A stretch of DNA of 59,894 nucleotides from Candidatus Omnitrophota bacterium (GCA_049517335.1 JBEKSD010000008.1:1-59894), one strand, 5' to 3'; numbered from the stretch's first letter, positions 30,402 through 42,573 are shown. Notes: a model not told the origin generated them from the letters alone. Made by a program: numbers and translations.

Positions 30402-31510
30402 TTATTTGCGGCGAGGCAAGCGGCGACCTAAACGCCGGGAATCTTACCCAGGCAATCAAAACTATTGATTCTAAGATCTCGATTTCCGCAGTCGGAGGAG
30501 AAACTTTACGCAAAGCAGGCGCAAATGTATTTTACGATATCAAAGAACTTTCTGTTCTGGGATTCTTTGATACCTTAAAAAAACTCCCTAAATTTTTTAA
30601 TTTAAAGAAGCTCTTACTTAAAAAAATAAAAACAGAAAAATTCGATCTGATAATCCTCGTTGATTTTTCCGGTTTTAACTTAAGATTTGCCAAAGCGGTA
30701 AATAAATCAATACCCGTTATTTATTATGTCAGCCCTCAGGTCTGGGCTTCAAGAAGCGGGCGCATCGGGACAATTAAAAAATATGTCTCTAAAATGATAG
30801 TGCTTTTTAAGTTTGAGGAAGATTTTTACAAGAAGTACGGCGTGAGCGTAGATTTTGTCGGGCACCCCCTGCTCGATATCGTAAAACCCCTGATGGATAA
30901 GAAGGAATTTCTCGCATCTCTAAACTTCGTTGAAAACAAGACTACCATTAGCCTGCTGCCCGGTTCACGAAAAGGAGAAATTGAAAATATACTCCCCATT
31001 ATGCTTAAAACAGCTAAAATAATCCTCGAGAGCCAAGATGCGCAGTTCGTAATTGCCAAATCAATTCAGGTGGACTGGCCAATTTATCGGAAAATAATAG
31101 ATAAGTGTGGGGTTGAGCTAAAAATAGTAGAAGGAAAAACCTATGACTGCCTGAATATCTGCGGCTTTGCGCTTGTCGCTTCGGGAACGGCAACGTTGGA
31201 AACTACGATTATGCAGAAAGCGTTTGCGATAATTTACAAAATGAATCTTTTAAACTATCTTCTATATCGGCCTCAGGTAAAAGTACCGTTCATAGGTATA
31301 GTCAATATTATCGCTGGCAAAAAAATCGTCCCGGAGTTCATACAATTTAAAGCAACCCCGCAGAATATCGCTTATGAAACGTTAAGGTTGCTTAAAAACC
31401 ATGAAGAATTAAACGCAATGCAAAATAGTCTCTCGCAACTAAAACTCTCCCTTGGTTCCTCCGGTGCTTCGGTTAGAGCGGCAAAAATCATCTTAGATTT
31501 CCTAAAATAA
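30380..31510 (+). CDS. lpxB: Lipid-A-disaccharide synthase
   Basis: GEASGD, YYVSPQVWASR, FVGHPL, LLPGSR and SGTATLE motifs. Confidence 0.96.
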   Translation: MAQKNILIICGEASGDLNAGNLTQAIKTIDSKISISAVGGETLRKAGANVFYDIKELSVLGFFDTLKKLPKFFNLKKLLLKKIKTEKFDLIILVDFSGFNLRFAKAVNKSIPVIYYVSPQVWASRSGRIGTIKKYVSKMIVLFKFEEDFYKKYGVSVDFVGHPLLDIVKPLMDKKEFLASLNFVENKTTISLLPGSRKGEIENILPIMLKTAKIILESQDAQFVIAKSIQVDWPIYRKIIDKCGVELKIVEGKTYDCLNICGFALVASGTATLETTIMQKAFAIIYKMNLLNYLLYRPQVKVPFIGIVNIIAGKKIVPEFIQFKATPQNIAYETLRLLKNHEELNAMQNSLSQLKLSLGSSGASVRAAKIILDFLK

Positions 31511-31516
31511 AAATCT

Positions 31517-31936
31517 TTATTTGATTACTTTAAAGGAATTGTAAACGGAGTCGCTTTTTTGTCCGCCGCGGGAAACAACCTTTAAGACCCAGGTATAGAC
31601 CTGGTTATTCTGGAAAGTATCGGCTTTAATACGCAGCGATGTCGTATCGGAAGGGATACGTTCCTTAAGGATTAAATTTTTCCCGTAGGTAGTATAAGTT
31701 TTATAAATCCTGAAGTCGCTATAATCTATGAATAGCGGGCTACTGATAATCCATTTAAACTCAAGATAATTTTTCCCCCGCAGGTCAATTATATCACTGG
31801 TAGGATAAACCAATTGCGCTGGCGCAGGAGTTTTTAGAGCTTTACTTAATGGGACGGCAAGGACAGGCAGAATCATCAGGAATACAAGTGAAGTGGGAAT
31901 AATTAAATTTTTAAAAACTTTAATCCAATTTCGCAT
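31517..31936 (-). CDS. Hypothetical exported beta-rich (Ig/FN3-like) protein
   Basis: Probable start MRNWIK at 31936, then a signal-like hydrophobic segment and a P.LVYP..LEFKW..Y.W.LKVV pattern. Confidence 0.6.
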   Translation of the reverse strand: MRNWIKVFKNLIIPTSLVFLMILPVLAVPLSKALKTPAPAQLVYPTSDIIDLRGKNYLEFKWIISSPLFIDYSDFRIYKTYTTYGKNLILKERIPSDTTSLRIKADTFQNNQVYTWVLKVVSRGGQKSDSVYNSFKVIK

Positions 31937-33023
31937 TTCTTGCCAAATTGATCCTTTCGTCAACAGGAGGATGGTCAAAAAAATAAAATTTAATTAAGGG
32001 GTGGGGTTTACGGTCTGCCAGATTTTGCGCGGCGAGCTTATCCATCATGGAAATGAACGCTTCTTTTGCCTTTGTAGTTTTAAGCGCGAGCATATCCGCA
32101 TTCTTTTCAAAAGCCCTACTGATAAAAACTTCCAAAGGCTGCGTAACGATACCAAACAAAACGAAATAGATAAAAATAATCGGAAGCGATGCGTAATCCG
32201 ATAATGAAAACAGACCGAATAGCTTTAAAACGAGTGGGTTAGTTTTAAAAATCACGTAAAAAGCAAGTATGGTTACAGCTGAATTTATAAATATTAGCTT
32301 TAAGATATGCTTTAATTTATAGTGCGCGAATTCATGCGCCAATATAACCTCAATTTCATCATGCGTATATTTATCCTTTAAGGTATCAGCCAAGAGGACG
32401 CGCTTGGTCCCTCCTACCCCCACAAAAGCAGCATTGCCTTTAAGGCTTTTCTTACTTAAATCAATCTCAAAAACATCCAGAATCTTAATACGCATTCTTT
32501 CAGCTAGATTTAGTATTCTTAAACGTAAAACTTCATCTTCAAGTTTCTTATATTTAAAAAATAAAGGGATAATTAGTATAGGTGTAAGCTTGGCAATAAT
32601 CACAGAAAAGAACACCCAAAATATAGAAATTATTAGCCACCAGCGACCGGGAAAGGCCTTTAAAATAAGGTAGAACGCGCTGATAAGAATAAGGCCGAAG
32701 ATATACGAGAGGACAACGCCCTTTAGCTGGTCAAGGAGCCAATCACTTATTTTCTGGTTAGAGAGGGAAAATTGGCGCTCTGCCATATAGGATCGGCAGA
32801 AATTTATGGGAAAACTTAAAAAGTAATAACTAATAAATAAAATTAAAAGGTATAACGGAAGAATGAAATAATGCGGTAAACCTGACCGCGAGAGGCTAGA
32901 AACTAACGAATGCGACGCGCCAAAACCGCTAAAAATAAAAAGGACGAGCAATAAATAAAAGGTATCCAGTAGAGACAACGAATACTTAAGATTGGAATAT
33001 CTTTTAGCCCTTTCCCCGTCCAT
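31920..33023 (-). CDS. M48 family (Ste24/HtpX-like) membrane metallopeptidase
   Basis: NAAFVG, LADTL, HEFAH zinc motif, EKNAD and HPP..ERI motifs. Confidence 0.93.
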   Translation of the reverse strand: MDGERAKRYSNLKYSLSLLDTFYLLLVLFIFSGFGASHSLVSSLSRSGLPHYFILPLYLLILFISYYFLSFPINFCRSYMAERQFSLSNQKISDWLLDQLKGVVLSYIFGLILISAFYLILKAFPGRWWLIISIFWVFFSVIIAKLTPILIIPLFFKYKKLEDEVLRLRILNLAERMRIKILDVFEIDLSKKSLKGNAAFVGVGGTKRVLLADTLKDKYTHDEIEVILAHEFAHYKLKHILKLIFINSAVTILAFYVIFKTNPLVLKLFGLFSLSDYASLPIIFIYFVLFGIVTQPLEVFISRAFEKNADMLALKTTKAKEAFISMMDKLAAQNLADRKPHPLIKFYFFDHPPVDERINLARNAKLD

Positions 33024-33030
33024 GCTAAAT

Positions 33031-33276
33031 TTAAGAGGCTTTTACAGCTTGAGGTTTGATATTTATAAAAGTGCGGAACCGGCCGTGGCTTGTTTTTTTC
33101 TTTGTAAAATATACCGTGCCGGGAGAAGTGGCAAATATTGTGCCTCTGCCTTTAACGTTGATGCCGGCTTTATAGGTTTCAATGCCCCTGAGCAATATCT
33201 GTCCGGTCTTAACGGTCTGCCCGTTTGAAACTTTAATCGCTTTATCTTTCTTGGGTGTAGATTTACCGCCTGCCAT
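33031..33276 (-). CDS. rpmA: 50S ribosomal protein L27 (divergent N-terminus)
   Basis: K..GQ.V..G.IL.R..G.NV..TIFA..G.V.F core; SD AGGAGG. Confidence 0.8.
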   Translation of the reverse strand: MAGGKSTPKKDKAIKVSNGQTVKTGQILLRGIETYKAGINVKGRGTIFATSPGTVYFTKKKTSHGRFRTFINIKPQAVKAS

Positions 33277-33296
33277 TTTAAATGCCTCCTTAAACC

Positions 33297-33324
33297 GGGG
33301 TCAGAGCCAAATGGTTCTCACCCC
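33297..33324. repeat. REP-like hairpin in the rpmA 5' UTR
   Basis: GGGGTCAGAGCC-AAAT-GGTTCTCACCCC; the left arm is identical to 5185-5196. Confidence 0.55.
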
Positions 33325-33352
33325 CTATTTTAGATTTTTATTTTAGGGTAAA

Positions 33353-33381
33353 ATAATAACATATATTCCTTAATTAAGCAA
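33353..33381 (-). promoter_or_regulatory. Putative sigma70 promoter for rpmA
   Basis: TTGCTT-17-TATTAT with a TG extension. Confidence 0.5.
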
Positions 33382-34764
33382 CACTTCTTCGTCTTTAGCC
33401 GGCAAATACACATCAAGGCCCTTTTCGCTGAGTGCTTCAAACAAGGCTTTGGACTGTATATAATCACCATGCACCAGAAAAATCCGTTTCAAAGGAAGGC
33501 AATGCTGCACAAAATCCGCCAGCTCATTTTTATCGGCATGTCCCGAAAAAGCGTTGATAATCGCAACTTCCGCATTTAATTCATACTCAACGCCGAATAT
33601 GCGCACAAAAGGCACCCTATCAACTATCCTCTTGCCTAAGGTATCCTCGGCCATGTAACCTACTACGAGGACCGTATTGCGGGAATCCTCAATATTGTTC
33701 TTTAAATGGTGCAGGATTCTTCCCGATTCGCACATCCCGCTGCCGGCTATGATAATCATCGGCCGCCGGTCATCGTTTAAAGATTTTGACTCAAGCTGAC
33801 TGCGTACAAATCTTAAATTCAGAAACTCAAACGGGTTATCGCCTTTGTTTATGGACAGGCACGTCTCCTTATCCATATAATCGGTATGGCACTGGAAGGC
33901 TTCGGTAATATTAATTGCCAAAGGGCTGTCCACGTATACGGGAATGGGCGGGATAGCTTTTTCCTTGATAAGTTCGTTCAGGAAATAAATGACTTCCTGC
34001 GCCCGTTCAAGAGTAAACGAAGGTATTATTACTTTTCCTTTACGCTCAATAGTGCGGTTAATGGTATCTTTTAATTTCGCTTTAGCTTCATCAATAGGCG
34101 CGTGCAGCCTACCTCCGTAAGTACTCTCCAATATCAAATAATCAAGCCCTTTCAGGAATGTCGGGTCATTCAGGATAGGCAGCCCCTTACGCCCTAAGTC
34201 CACGGCATAACCTAAGCGGATATTTTTAGAATCGTTTTTTATGTCAAGGGTGACGATTGCGGAGCCCAAAATATGACCGGCGTCAAAAAGCGTAGCACTT
34301 ATGTCGTTGGTTACGCATATTTTCCTTTTATAAGAAACCGGATGGATTTTTTTGACTGCTTTACTGGCCTCCTTCATCGTATAAAGAGGCTCCCGCAAAG
34401 GTTCACCTAGCCTGCGGTTAATTTTATTGATATACCTGATATCTTCTTCCTGAATCTTTCCGGAGTCCTCAAGCATAAGGCGGCATAAATCTTTCGTTGC
34501 GGCAGTAGCGTAAATCCTGCAACGTAAGCCTTTCTTGATTAGGCTGGGAAGGTTCCCGCAATGGTCAATATGCGCGTGGGATATGATTAAAGCGTTTATC
34601 TTTCTGGGATTATACTGGAATATAGAGTTTATCCGGTAAAACGCTTCCCGGCGGCCCTGAAAAAGCCCGACATCAAGCAGGACTTCGGATTTTTCAGTAG
34701 CTACAAGATGGCTCGACCCGGTAACGGTCCTTACTCCCCCTAAGAATTTTAGAGTTACAGCCAT
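33370..34764 (-). CDS. MBL-fold beta-CASP ribonuclease
   Basis: VTGS, SHAHIDHCG, AGHILGS, ESTYG, SGMCESGRI and FSGHAD motifs; start set at MAVTLKF. Confidence 0.93.
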   Translation of the reverse strand: MAVTLKFLGGVRTVTGSSHLVATEKSEVLLDVGLFQGRREAFYRINSIFQYNPRKINALIISHAHIDHCGNLPSLIKKGLRCRIYATAATKDLCRLMLEDSGKIQEEDIRYINKINRRLGEPLREPLYTMKEASKAVKKIHPVSYKRKICVTNDISATLFDAGHILGSAIVTLDIKNDSKNIRLGYAVDLGRKGLPILNDPTFLKGLDYLILESTYGGRLHAPIDEAKAKLKDTINRTIERKGKVIIPSFTLERAQEVIYFLNELIKEKAIPPIPVYVDSPLAINITEAFQCHTDYMDKETCLSINKGDNPFEFLNLRFVRSQLESKSLNDDRRPMIIIAGSGMCESGRILHHLKNNIEDSRNTVLVVGYMAEDTLGKRIVDRVPFVRIFGVEYELNAEVAIINAFSGHADKNELADFVQHCLPLKRIFLVHGDYIQSKALFEALSEKGLDVYLPAKDEEVLLN

Positions 34765-34771
34765 AGGTATT

Positions 34772-36433
34772 TTATTTGTCGTAGGTAGAGTAAAAATAAG
34801 GCGTGTATGCCTGAAATTCCGCAGCACAGGTATCCACCAACTTAAAGTCCGGCATAATATTAAGGGACTTCCTTAAATCAAATACATCTTGTTCAGGTTT
34901 GCCTAAAAGACTACCTAACTGCTTGTCACTAAAGCCAAACTCTTTGGCATTTTTTAGACATGCAGCGGAGATTTCAGGACGACCTTTAATTATCTGCCTT
35001 TCAAGGTCAATAATCTCTTTGATGTTATGCAGATACCAACGGTCAATTTTGGTAATTTCATAAATTTTATCTATTGATACCTGCGCCCTTATGGCATCGG
35101 CAATATAAAACAGCCTTTCGGCATTCGGTACCCTTAATTTCTCAAGAATCTTATCCATCATTTCATCATTTACATCCGTATAGGCAAGGTCGCTAAAAAC
35201 AAGACTATCCAGCCCGTATTTTTTTATCTCTAATGAGCGGATGCCTTTTTGCAAGGCTTCTTTAAAAGTCCTGCCGATGGACATTATCTCTCCCACGGAT
35301 TTCATGGAAACAGTCAGGGTAGGGTCCGCTTTGGGGAACTTCTCAAAGGTAAAACGCGGTATTTTTACTACGCAGTAATCAATTGCCGGCTCAAAACACG
35401 CGGGAGTAACCTTGGTAATATCATTGGGTATTTCATCAAGGGTATAGCCGACTGCAAGTTTCGCCGCGATTTTTGCAATAGGGAACCCCGTCGCCTTTGA
35501 GGCAAGGGCCGAGGAACGCGAAACGCGCGGGTTCATTTCAATAATCACCATGCGCCCGGTATCGGGATGAACGGCGAACTGGATATTTGAGCCTCCTGTT
35601 TCAACGCCTATCTCCCTGATGCAGGCGATTGAAGCATCCCTCATCTTCTGATATTCTTTATCAGTCAATGTCTGGGCGGGCGCAACCGTAATACTGTCTC
35701 CAGTATGCACGCCCATAGGATCAAAATTCTCAATTGAGCAGATAATTACGACATTATCGTTTTTATCGCGCATAACCTCAAGTTCATATTCTTTCCAGCC
35801 GATAACCGACTCTTCAATTAATATTTCGCTTATCCGGCTCAAGTTAAGGCCGTATTTAGCTAACCGGCTAAATTCGTCCATATTATAAGCCACGCTGCCG
35901 CCTGTGCCGCCTAAAGTAAAGCTTGGCCTGATAATGACCGGGAAACCTATTTTTTCTACTACCTTAACAGCCTCATCCAGGTTATATGCCTTGCCACTCT
36001 TTGGCAAATCCAGTCCGATTTTCTGCATCGCTTCTTTAAAAAGGTTCCTGTCTTCGCCTTTCTTTATGGCTTTAATATTTGCGCCGATGGTTTCAACGCT
36101 GTATTTCTTTAAAATCCCTTTTTCTGAGAGCTCCACGGCCATATTCAGGGCGGTCTGCCCTCCCAAAGTAGGCAAGAGCGCATCAGGATGTTCTTTAGCA
36201 ATTATCTTCTCAATTAGCTCTACGGTAATCGGCTCAATATAGGTAGTATGGGCTAATTCGGGATCAGTCATAATCGTAGCGGGATTGGAATTTACTAGGA
36301 TGACCTTATAGCCCTCCTGCTTTAAAACCTTGCAAGCCTGGGTCCCGGAATAATCAAACTCACAGGCCTGCCCTATCACAATAGGACCTGAGCCGATTAT
36401 TAGGATTTTCTTAATGTCTATACGCTTGGGCAT
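34772..36433 (-). CDS. carB: Carbamoyl-phosphate synthase large subunit, N-terminal half only
   Basis: [22 protein letters not shown] start; ends at [17 protein letters not shown] after 553 aa. Confidence 0.93.
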   Translation of the reverse strand: MPKRIDIKKILIIGSGPIVIGQACEFDYSGTQACKVLKQEGYKVILVNSNPATIMTDPELAHTTYIEPITVELIEKIIAKEHPDALLPTLGGQTALNMAVELSEKGILKKYSVETIGANIKAIKKGEDRNLFKEAMQKIGLDLPKSGKAYNLDEAVKVVEKIGFPVIIRPSFTLGGTGGSVAYNMDEFSRLAKYGLNLSRISEILIEESVIGWKEYELEVMRDKNDNVVIICSIENFDPMGVHTGDSITVAPAQTLTDKEYQKMRDASIACIREIGVETGGSNIQFAVHPDTGRMVIIEMNPRVSRSSALASKATGFPIAKIAAKLAVGYTLDEIPNDITKVTPACFEPAIDYCVVKIPRFTFEKFPKADPTLTVSMKSVGEIMSIGRTFKEALQKGIRSLEIKKYGLDSLVFSDLAYTDVNDEMMDKILEKLRVPNAERLFYIADAIRAQVSIDKIYEITKIDRWYLHNIKEIIDLERQIIKGRPEISAACLKNAKEFGFSDKQLGSLLGKPEQDVFDLRKSLNIMPDFKLVDTCAAEFQAYTPYFYSTYDK

Positions 36434-36434
36434 T

Positions 36435-39136
<2,702 letters not shown>

Positions 39137-39140
39137 TTAT

Positions 39141-39176
39141 AAAAAAACGTTTAGAGATAGAACTGCTCTCCAAACG
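39141..39176 (-). terminator. Intrinsic terminator-like hairpin inside the pyrG leader
   Basis: CGTTTGGAGA-9 nt-TCTCTAAACG followed by T7. Confidence 0.7.
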
Positions 39177-39210
39177 CCATTGTTTAAGCTATACTGTTTT
39201 CGCATAACAA

Positions 39211-39238
39211 ATTATACCAGAATTAATAGGATTGTCAA
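39211..39238 (-). promoter_or_regulatory. sigma70 promoter of pyrG-carAB
   Basis: TTGACA-16-TATAAT with a TG extension, overlapping the HD-GYP stop codon. Confidence 0.75.
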
Positions 39239-40563
39239 CCCCGCAACCTATTATCCTTTGAATCGGTATAAGGGTTAATATACCGTTCAATCTTAAGGGT
39301 ATTTTTAAGAGCCTTTAAATCCAGAACCTCACCACTGCCGTCAACCTCTACTTTTGGAAAAAATATGTCGTCTTCATTCTCTTCCTTTACCAAAGCAACC
39401 CTTCCATCGCTTAAAATGACCTTGGAGCCTATCGGCCAGACCCCCATTAAGCTGAAGAATCTGTCTAAAAGAACTGGTTCAAACGCCTTACCTTTATCCT
39501 TTAGCATGACTTCATAGATGGCTTGCGGCGGATAATCCGCCTTATATGACCTTCTGGAAGAAAGCGCGTCATACACATCGCATATGGAAACAATTAAACT
39601 TGCGATATGCATCTTACACGGGAAAGCGGGTTTAGGGTAGCCTGAGCGGTCATATTTCAGGTGATGCTCATAGGCCACTACAACCGGAAGCATCCCAAGG
39701 TTATCAATATACTCCAGCATAAGCTCAGCGCCTAGAATAACATGGTTCTTTATCTTGTCAAATTCCTGCTCGGTCAGTTTTCCGGCCTTACGGATGATTT
39801 TCCTTGAAATATAAATCTTGCCGATATCGTGAAATAAGGCGGCTGAGCCTATTTCACGCACCGTCTCTTTATTAAATCCTAAGCGCGCGGAAAAATACAT
39901 TGAGAGTATGGAAACGTTCAGGATATGGGAAAAAGTTTTTACGTCATAGCGCTGCACCGCCGCAAAATTCAGCAGTTCCTGGTACCTGCCTAAGAGATTA
40001 TCCATTATATTCTGGACCGAGAGCTGGAAAGCTATGTGGTCTAACTCTTCGGCATTTATGATGCTCTCTATGGATTTAGTGAATTCCTTTAAAGAATCGT
40101 CATAAAGGCTGAAATAATCTACTGCCTTGGTTATATCCTCGGACAAAACTCCGCCTGCCTTAATCTTTCCGGCAACTATGTTTTTTATGCCGCGCTCCGG
40201 CAGTTCCTTCTGCAGGTCCGGTTTTATTTCGTCCTTAAACGCCGCTAAAAAAGACACGAAGGCGGACAATTCCTCTTCTTTCAGGCCGCGATAAAAGACG
40301 ATCCGTTCTATCCCTTTTTGCTTTAAATAATGAATCATCGGCTTTGACCTTTTGCTTAAATCAAAGAAGATCTCATTTTCAAAAGCGAACTCCTCACCGA
40401 CAATACCTATGACAATCTCCTCTTTTTGGCTCAAGGCTTTATTAAGGCTTAAGTATGATTTTTCAATTCCCTTCTTGAATTGGGGATGCCAATCAGGATA
40501 AAGCCGCGACATCTGCATGGCTGACATCAGGTCTTTTATGGCCTCTTCAACTTCCTTTAACAT
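39235..40563 (-). CDS. HD-GYP domain phosphodiesterase
   Basis: H..NV, HDIGK, EHHLKYDRSGYP, DVYDAL and RRSYK motifs. Confidence 0.9.
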   Translation of the reverse strand: MLKEVEEAIKDLMSAMQMSRLYPDWHPQFKKGIEKSYLSLNKALSQKEEIVIGIVGEEFAFENEIFFDLSKRSKPMIHYLKQKGIERIVFYRGLKEEELSAFVSFLAAFKDEIKPDLQKELPERGIKNIVAGKIKAGGVLSEDITKAVDYFSLYDDSLKEFTKSIESIINAEELDHIAFQLSVQNIMDNLLGRYQELLNFAAVQRYDVKTFSHILNVSILSMYFSARLGFNKETVREIGSAALFHDIGKIYISRKIIRKAGKLTEQEFDKIKNHVILGAELMLEYIDNLGMLPVVVAYEHHLKYDRSGYPKPAFPCKMHIASLIVSICDVYDALSSRRSYKADYPPQAIYEVMLKDKGKAFEPVLLDRFFSLMGVWPIGSKVILSDGRVALVKEENEDDIFFPKVEVDGSGEVLDLKALKNTLKIERYINPYTDSKDNRLRG

Positions 40564-42454
40564 TCCAGCTCCTTAATATTTGCTTTGCTTTCTCCCTGAT
40601 ATCCCAGTGCCAAAAAAACCATAACCTGCTGATGGAAAGGATATGAGGTTTGGCCTCCCTTAAATTCAAATCCTGCGCGATTATAAGGCTTTGCATTTTA
40701 GGCTTGGCAAACAAGATACCAAGCGCCTTTTTCTTCGTGCTTTCTGTTTTCATCAGCTCTTTAAGCGCTTCCTCTTTGAGTGTTATTTCATCACTCTTTA
40801 AAACAGAAAAGAGGAAATCTTCATCCCAAAAATTAAGGCCCTGCATGGCTTTCAAAACTTCTATCTTGAGGATATTGCCCGAGAAATAATATATTTTCTT
40901 CAAAATCTCCAAGCCTTCAGCGGAATTTAGCGATGCAGCTGCGCTAATGAACCGAGAAAGAAAATCAATATCTCCTTTAGTTTTTTCCAGATTATCAAGG
41001 AAAAAACCAAAATCCGCTGGGAATAATTTAAGCATTAATTTTAAGATATACTGGTTAATCCTACCTTCTTTAAATATTTTTTGCATATAGAAATCCAACC
41101 CCAGCGAGCTATACATCAGGCTATCCGCTAAAGGCTCAATGCACCTTGGGTCTTCCATATCAAAGATTGAATTTTCCGCAAAAACAGAAATACGTTTTAA
41201 AAAATCCTTAAAAATCAGGTTTATAGAGGTATCTTCTTTGGCCTTTTTGTTCAAAACTCTGGATAACAGGCTTAAAAATTCTAGGTTACCTACGGAGAAC
41301 ATCACATTTGTGTCTTTTGATAATCTTGCTGAGATTAATCCGAGTTTTTCCTTGTCGGTTTCGGCGCTGAGTAAGTTTAAGATAACGCAATAATAGCCGC
41401 TAACGCTTTGCGCATGGTCAAACGATAAATTCCCTGCCTTCCCCTCTTCCTCAGTGAGGAACTTAAGGGACTTACGGTAAATAGGCTCCAGCATTAAATT
41501 CTCTTCCGCCAGAATCAAATCATTTAATCCCTTCTTTGCATGCGGGTTGCCCAAAAGCAGCCGGGTATCATGTACCTTCTTATGAAGTTCTTCGGCTATG
41601 TCCTGATGAGTAATCTTATCAACTAATGTAAAGAATGTGGAAAAGTTTAAGGATTCTCCCTCTTTTGACTCGGCAATCAACTCCCAGATAGTATCGCTGA
41701 AAAAATTCTTGCCCAGCCCTTCAAAGAATATTTTTAGGTTGCCCAGGCGCTCATCCTTGGCGATTGAGTTATCTTTCAGTAATACTTTCAGGAAAGATTT
41801 AGAGCATTTAAGGAAGCGTTCTGCGTCGTTTGTTTTAAGGTAGCTTACAAAACTGTAGAGGTTCCGGCGCAGCTCTTCGTCCCGAAGGAAATCTTCCGGC
41901 CTGAACTTCCGTATGATTTTATCAAAGTTATCGGCAAACCCCGTTATTTTGGAAACATTACCGCTGTTTACCGCTCCGGCGAATAAATAAGACCATAAAT
42001 CCTTCACTTCCTCCCCTTCCCCGCGTAAGAGCTCGGAGTAATCAAGCGGCTCCACGATAATATGGCCAGATGTTGATTTATGGAAAATGCTATCCAGGCC
42101 TCCTTGTTCTAAGATTTCTTTTATCGGCTGGGAAATAACACTTAAAAAAACAACTATCTCTTCAACGGTCAAGCCGGGCTTTAATTCTATGCTTTTGACC
42201 TTACGCAGATGGAAGAAAGAAGCCAAGTCAGTATACAACATACCTTTCTTCCAGACTTTTCCGTCAATAACCAACGAAGCAGGCGTGATATTTATTTTTA
42301 TGGGGTTAAGGCTAAGAAATGTTGACTCGATTTTCCGCTTAAACTCGGTGGCGGCTTTTACGAAATAGGGATGGTCTTTGGAATACGCACTGGCAGTATT
42401 AAGGGCAATGCGTAGCCCTTTTATAAATTCAAGCAGAATTCCTTCTTTATTCAT
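40547..42454 (-). CDS. Hypothetical all-helical (HEAT-like C-terminus) protein, overlapping the HD-GYP gene
   Basis: 635-aa ORF overlapping the HD-GYP start by 17 nt; C-terminal repeats like LKIEVLKAM / LKEEALKEL / IREKAKQIL. Confidence 0.75.
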   Translation of the reverse strand: MNKEGILLEFIKGLRIALNTASAYSKDHPYFVKAATEFKRKIESTFLSLNPIKINITPASLVIDGKVWKKGMLYTDLASFFHLRKVKSIELKPGLTVEEIVVFLSVISQPIKEILEQGGLDSIFHKSTSGHIIVEPLDYSELLRGEGEEVKDLWSYLFAGAVNSGNVSKITGFADNFDKIIRKFRPEDFLRDEELRRNLYSFVSYLKTNDAERFLKCSKSFLKVLLKDNSIAKDERLGNLKIFFEGLGKNFFSDTIWELIAESKEGESLNFSTFFTLVDKITHQDIAEELHKKVHDTRLLLGNPHAKKGLNDLILAEENLMLEPIYRKSLKFLTEEEGKAGNLSFDHAQSVSGYYCVILNLLSAETDKEKLGLISARLSKDTNVMFSVGNLEFLSLLSRVLNKKAKEDTSINLIFKDFLKRISVFAENSIFDMEDPRCIEPLADSLMYSSLGLDFYMQKIFKEGRINQYILKLMLKLFPADFGFFLDNLEKTKGDIDFLSRFISAAASLNSAEGLEILKKIYYFSGNILKIEVLKAMQGLNFWDEDFLFSVLKSDEITLKEEALKELMKTESTKKKALGILFAKPKMQSLIIAQDLNLREAKPHILSISRLWFFWHWDIREKAKQILRSWNVKGS

Positions 42455-42462
42455 CGGGTGTC

Positions 42463-42491
42463 ATTTTACCGCTAAATCAATATTCGCGCAA
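42463..42491 (-). promoter_or_regulatory. Putative sigma70 promoter for the helical protein/HD-GYP pair
   Basis: TTGCGC-17-TAAAAT; ATG 9 nt downstream; no SD. Confidence 0.5.
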
Positions 42492-42496
42492 TATAA

Positions 42497-42550
42497 AAAC
42501 CGGGGCCGGAATTCCTGTCTGCCGACAGGTAGAAATTCCAGCCCCGGTTT
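42497..42550 (-). terminator. Long hairpin terminator after the glutamate-synthase-family gene, with a REP-like insert
   Basis: AAACCGGGGC..GGAATT / AATTCC..GCCCCGGTTT arms enclosing CCTGTCTGCCGACAGG; T-run on the minus strand. Confidence 0.65.
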
Positions 42551-42573
42551 ATTATTATTGCTTATGAAACAGT

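Noticed and set aside
34765-34827. Programmed frameshift from carB-N into the downstream ORF
   Set aside because: The downstream protein is a complete beta-CASP nuclease with its own start and no CarB similarity.
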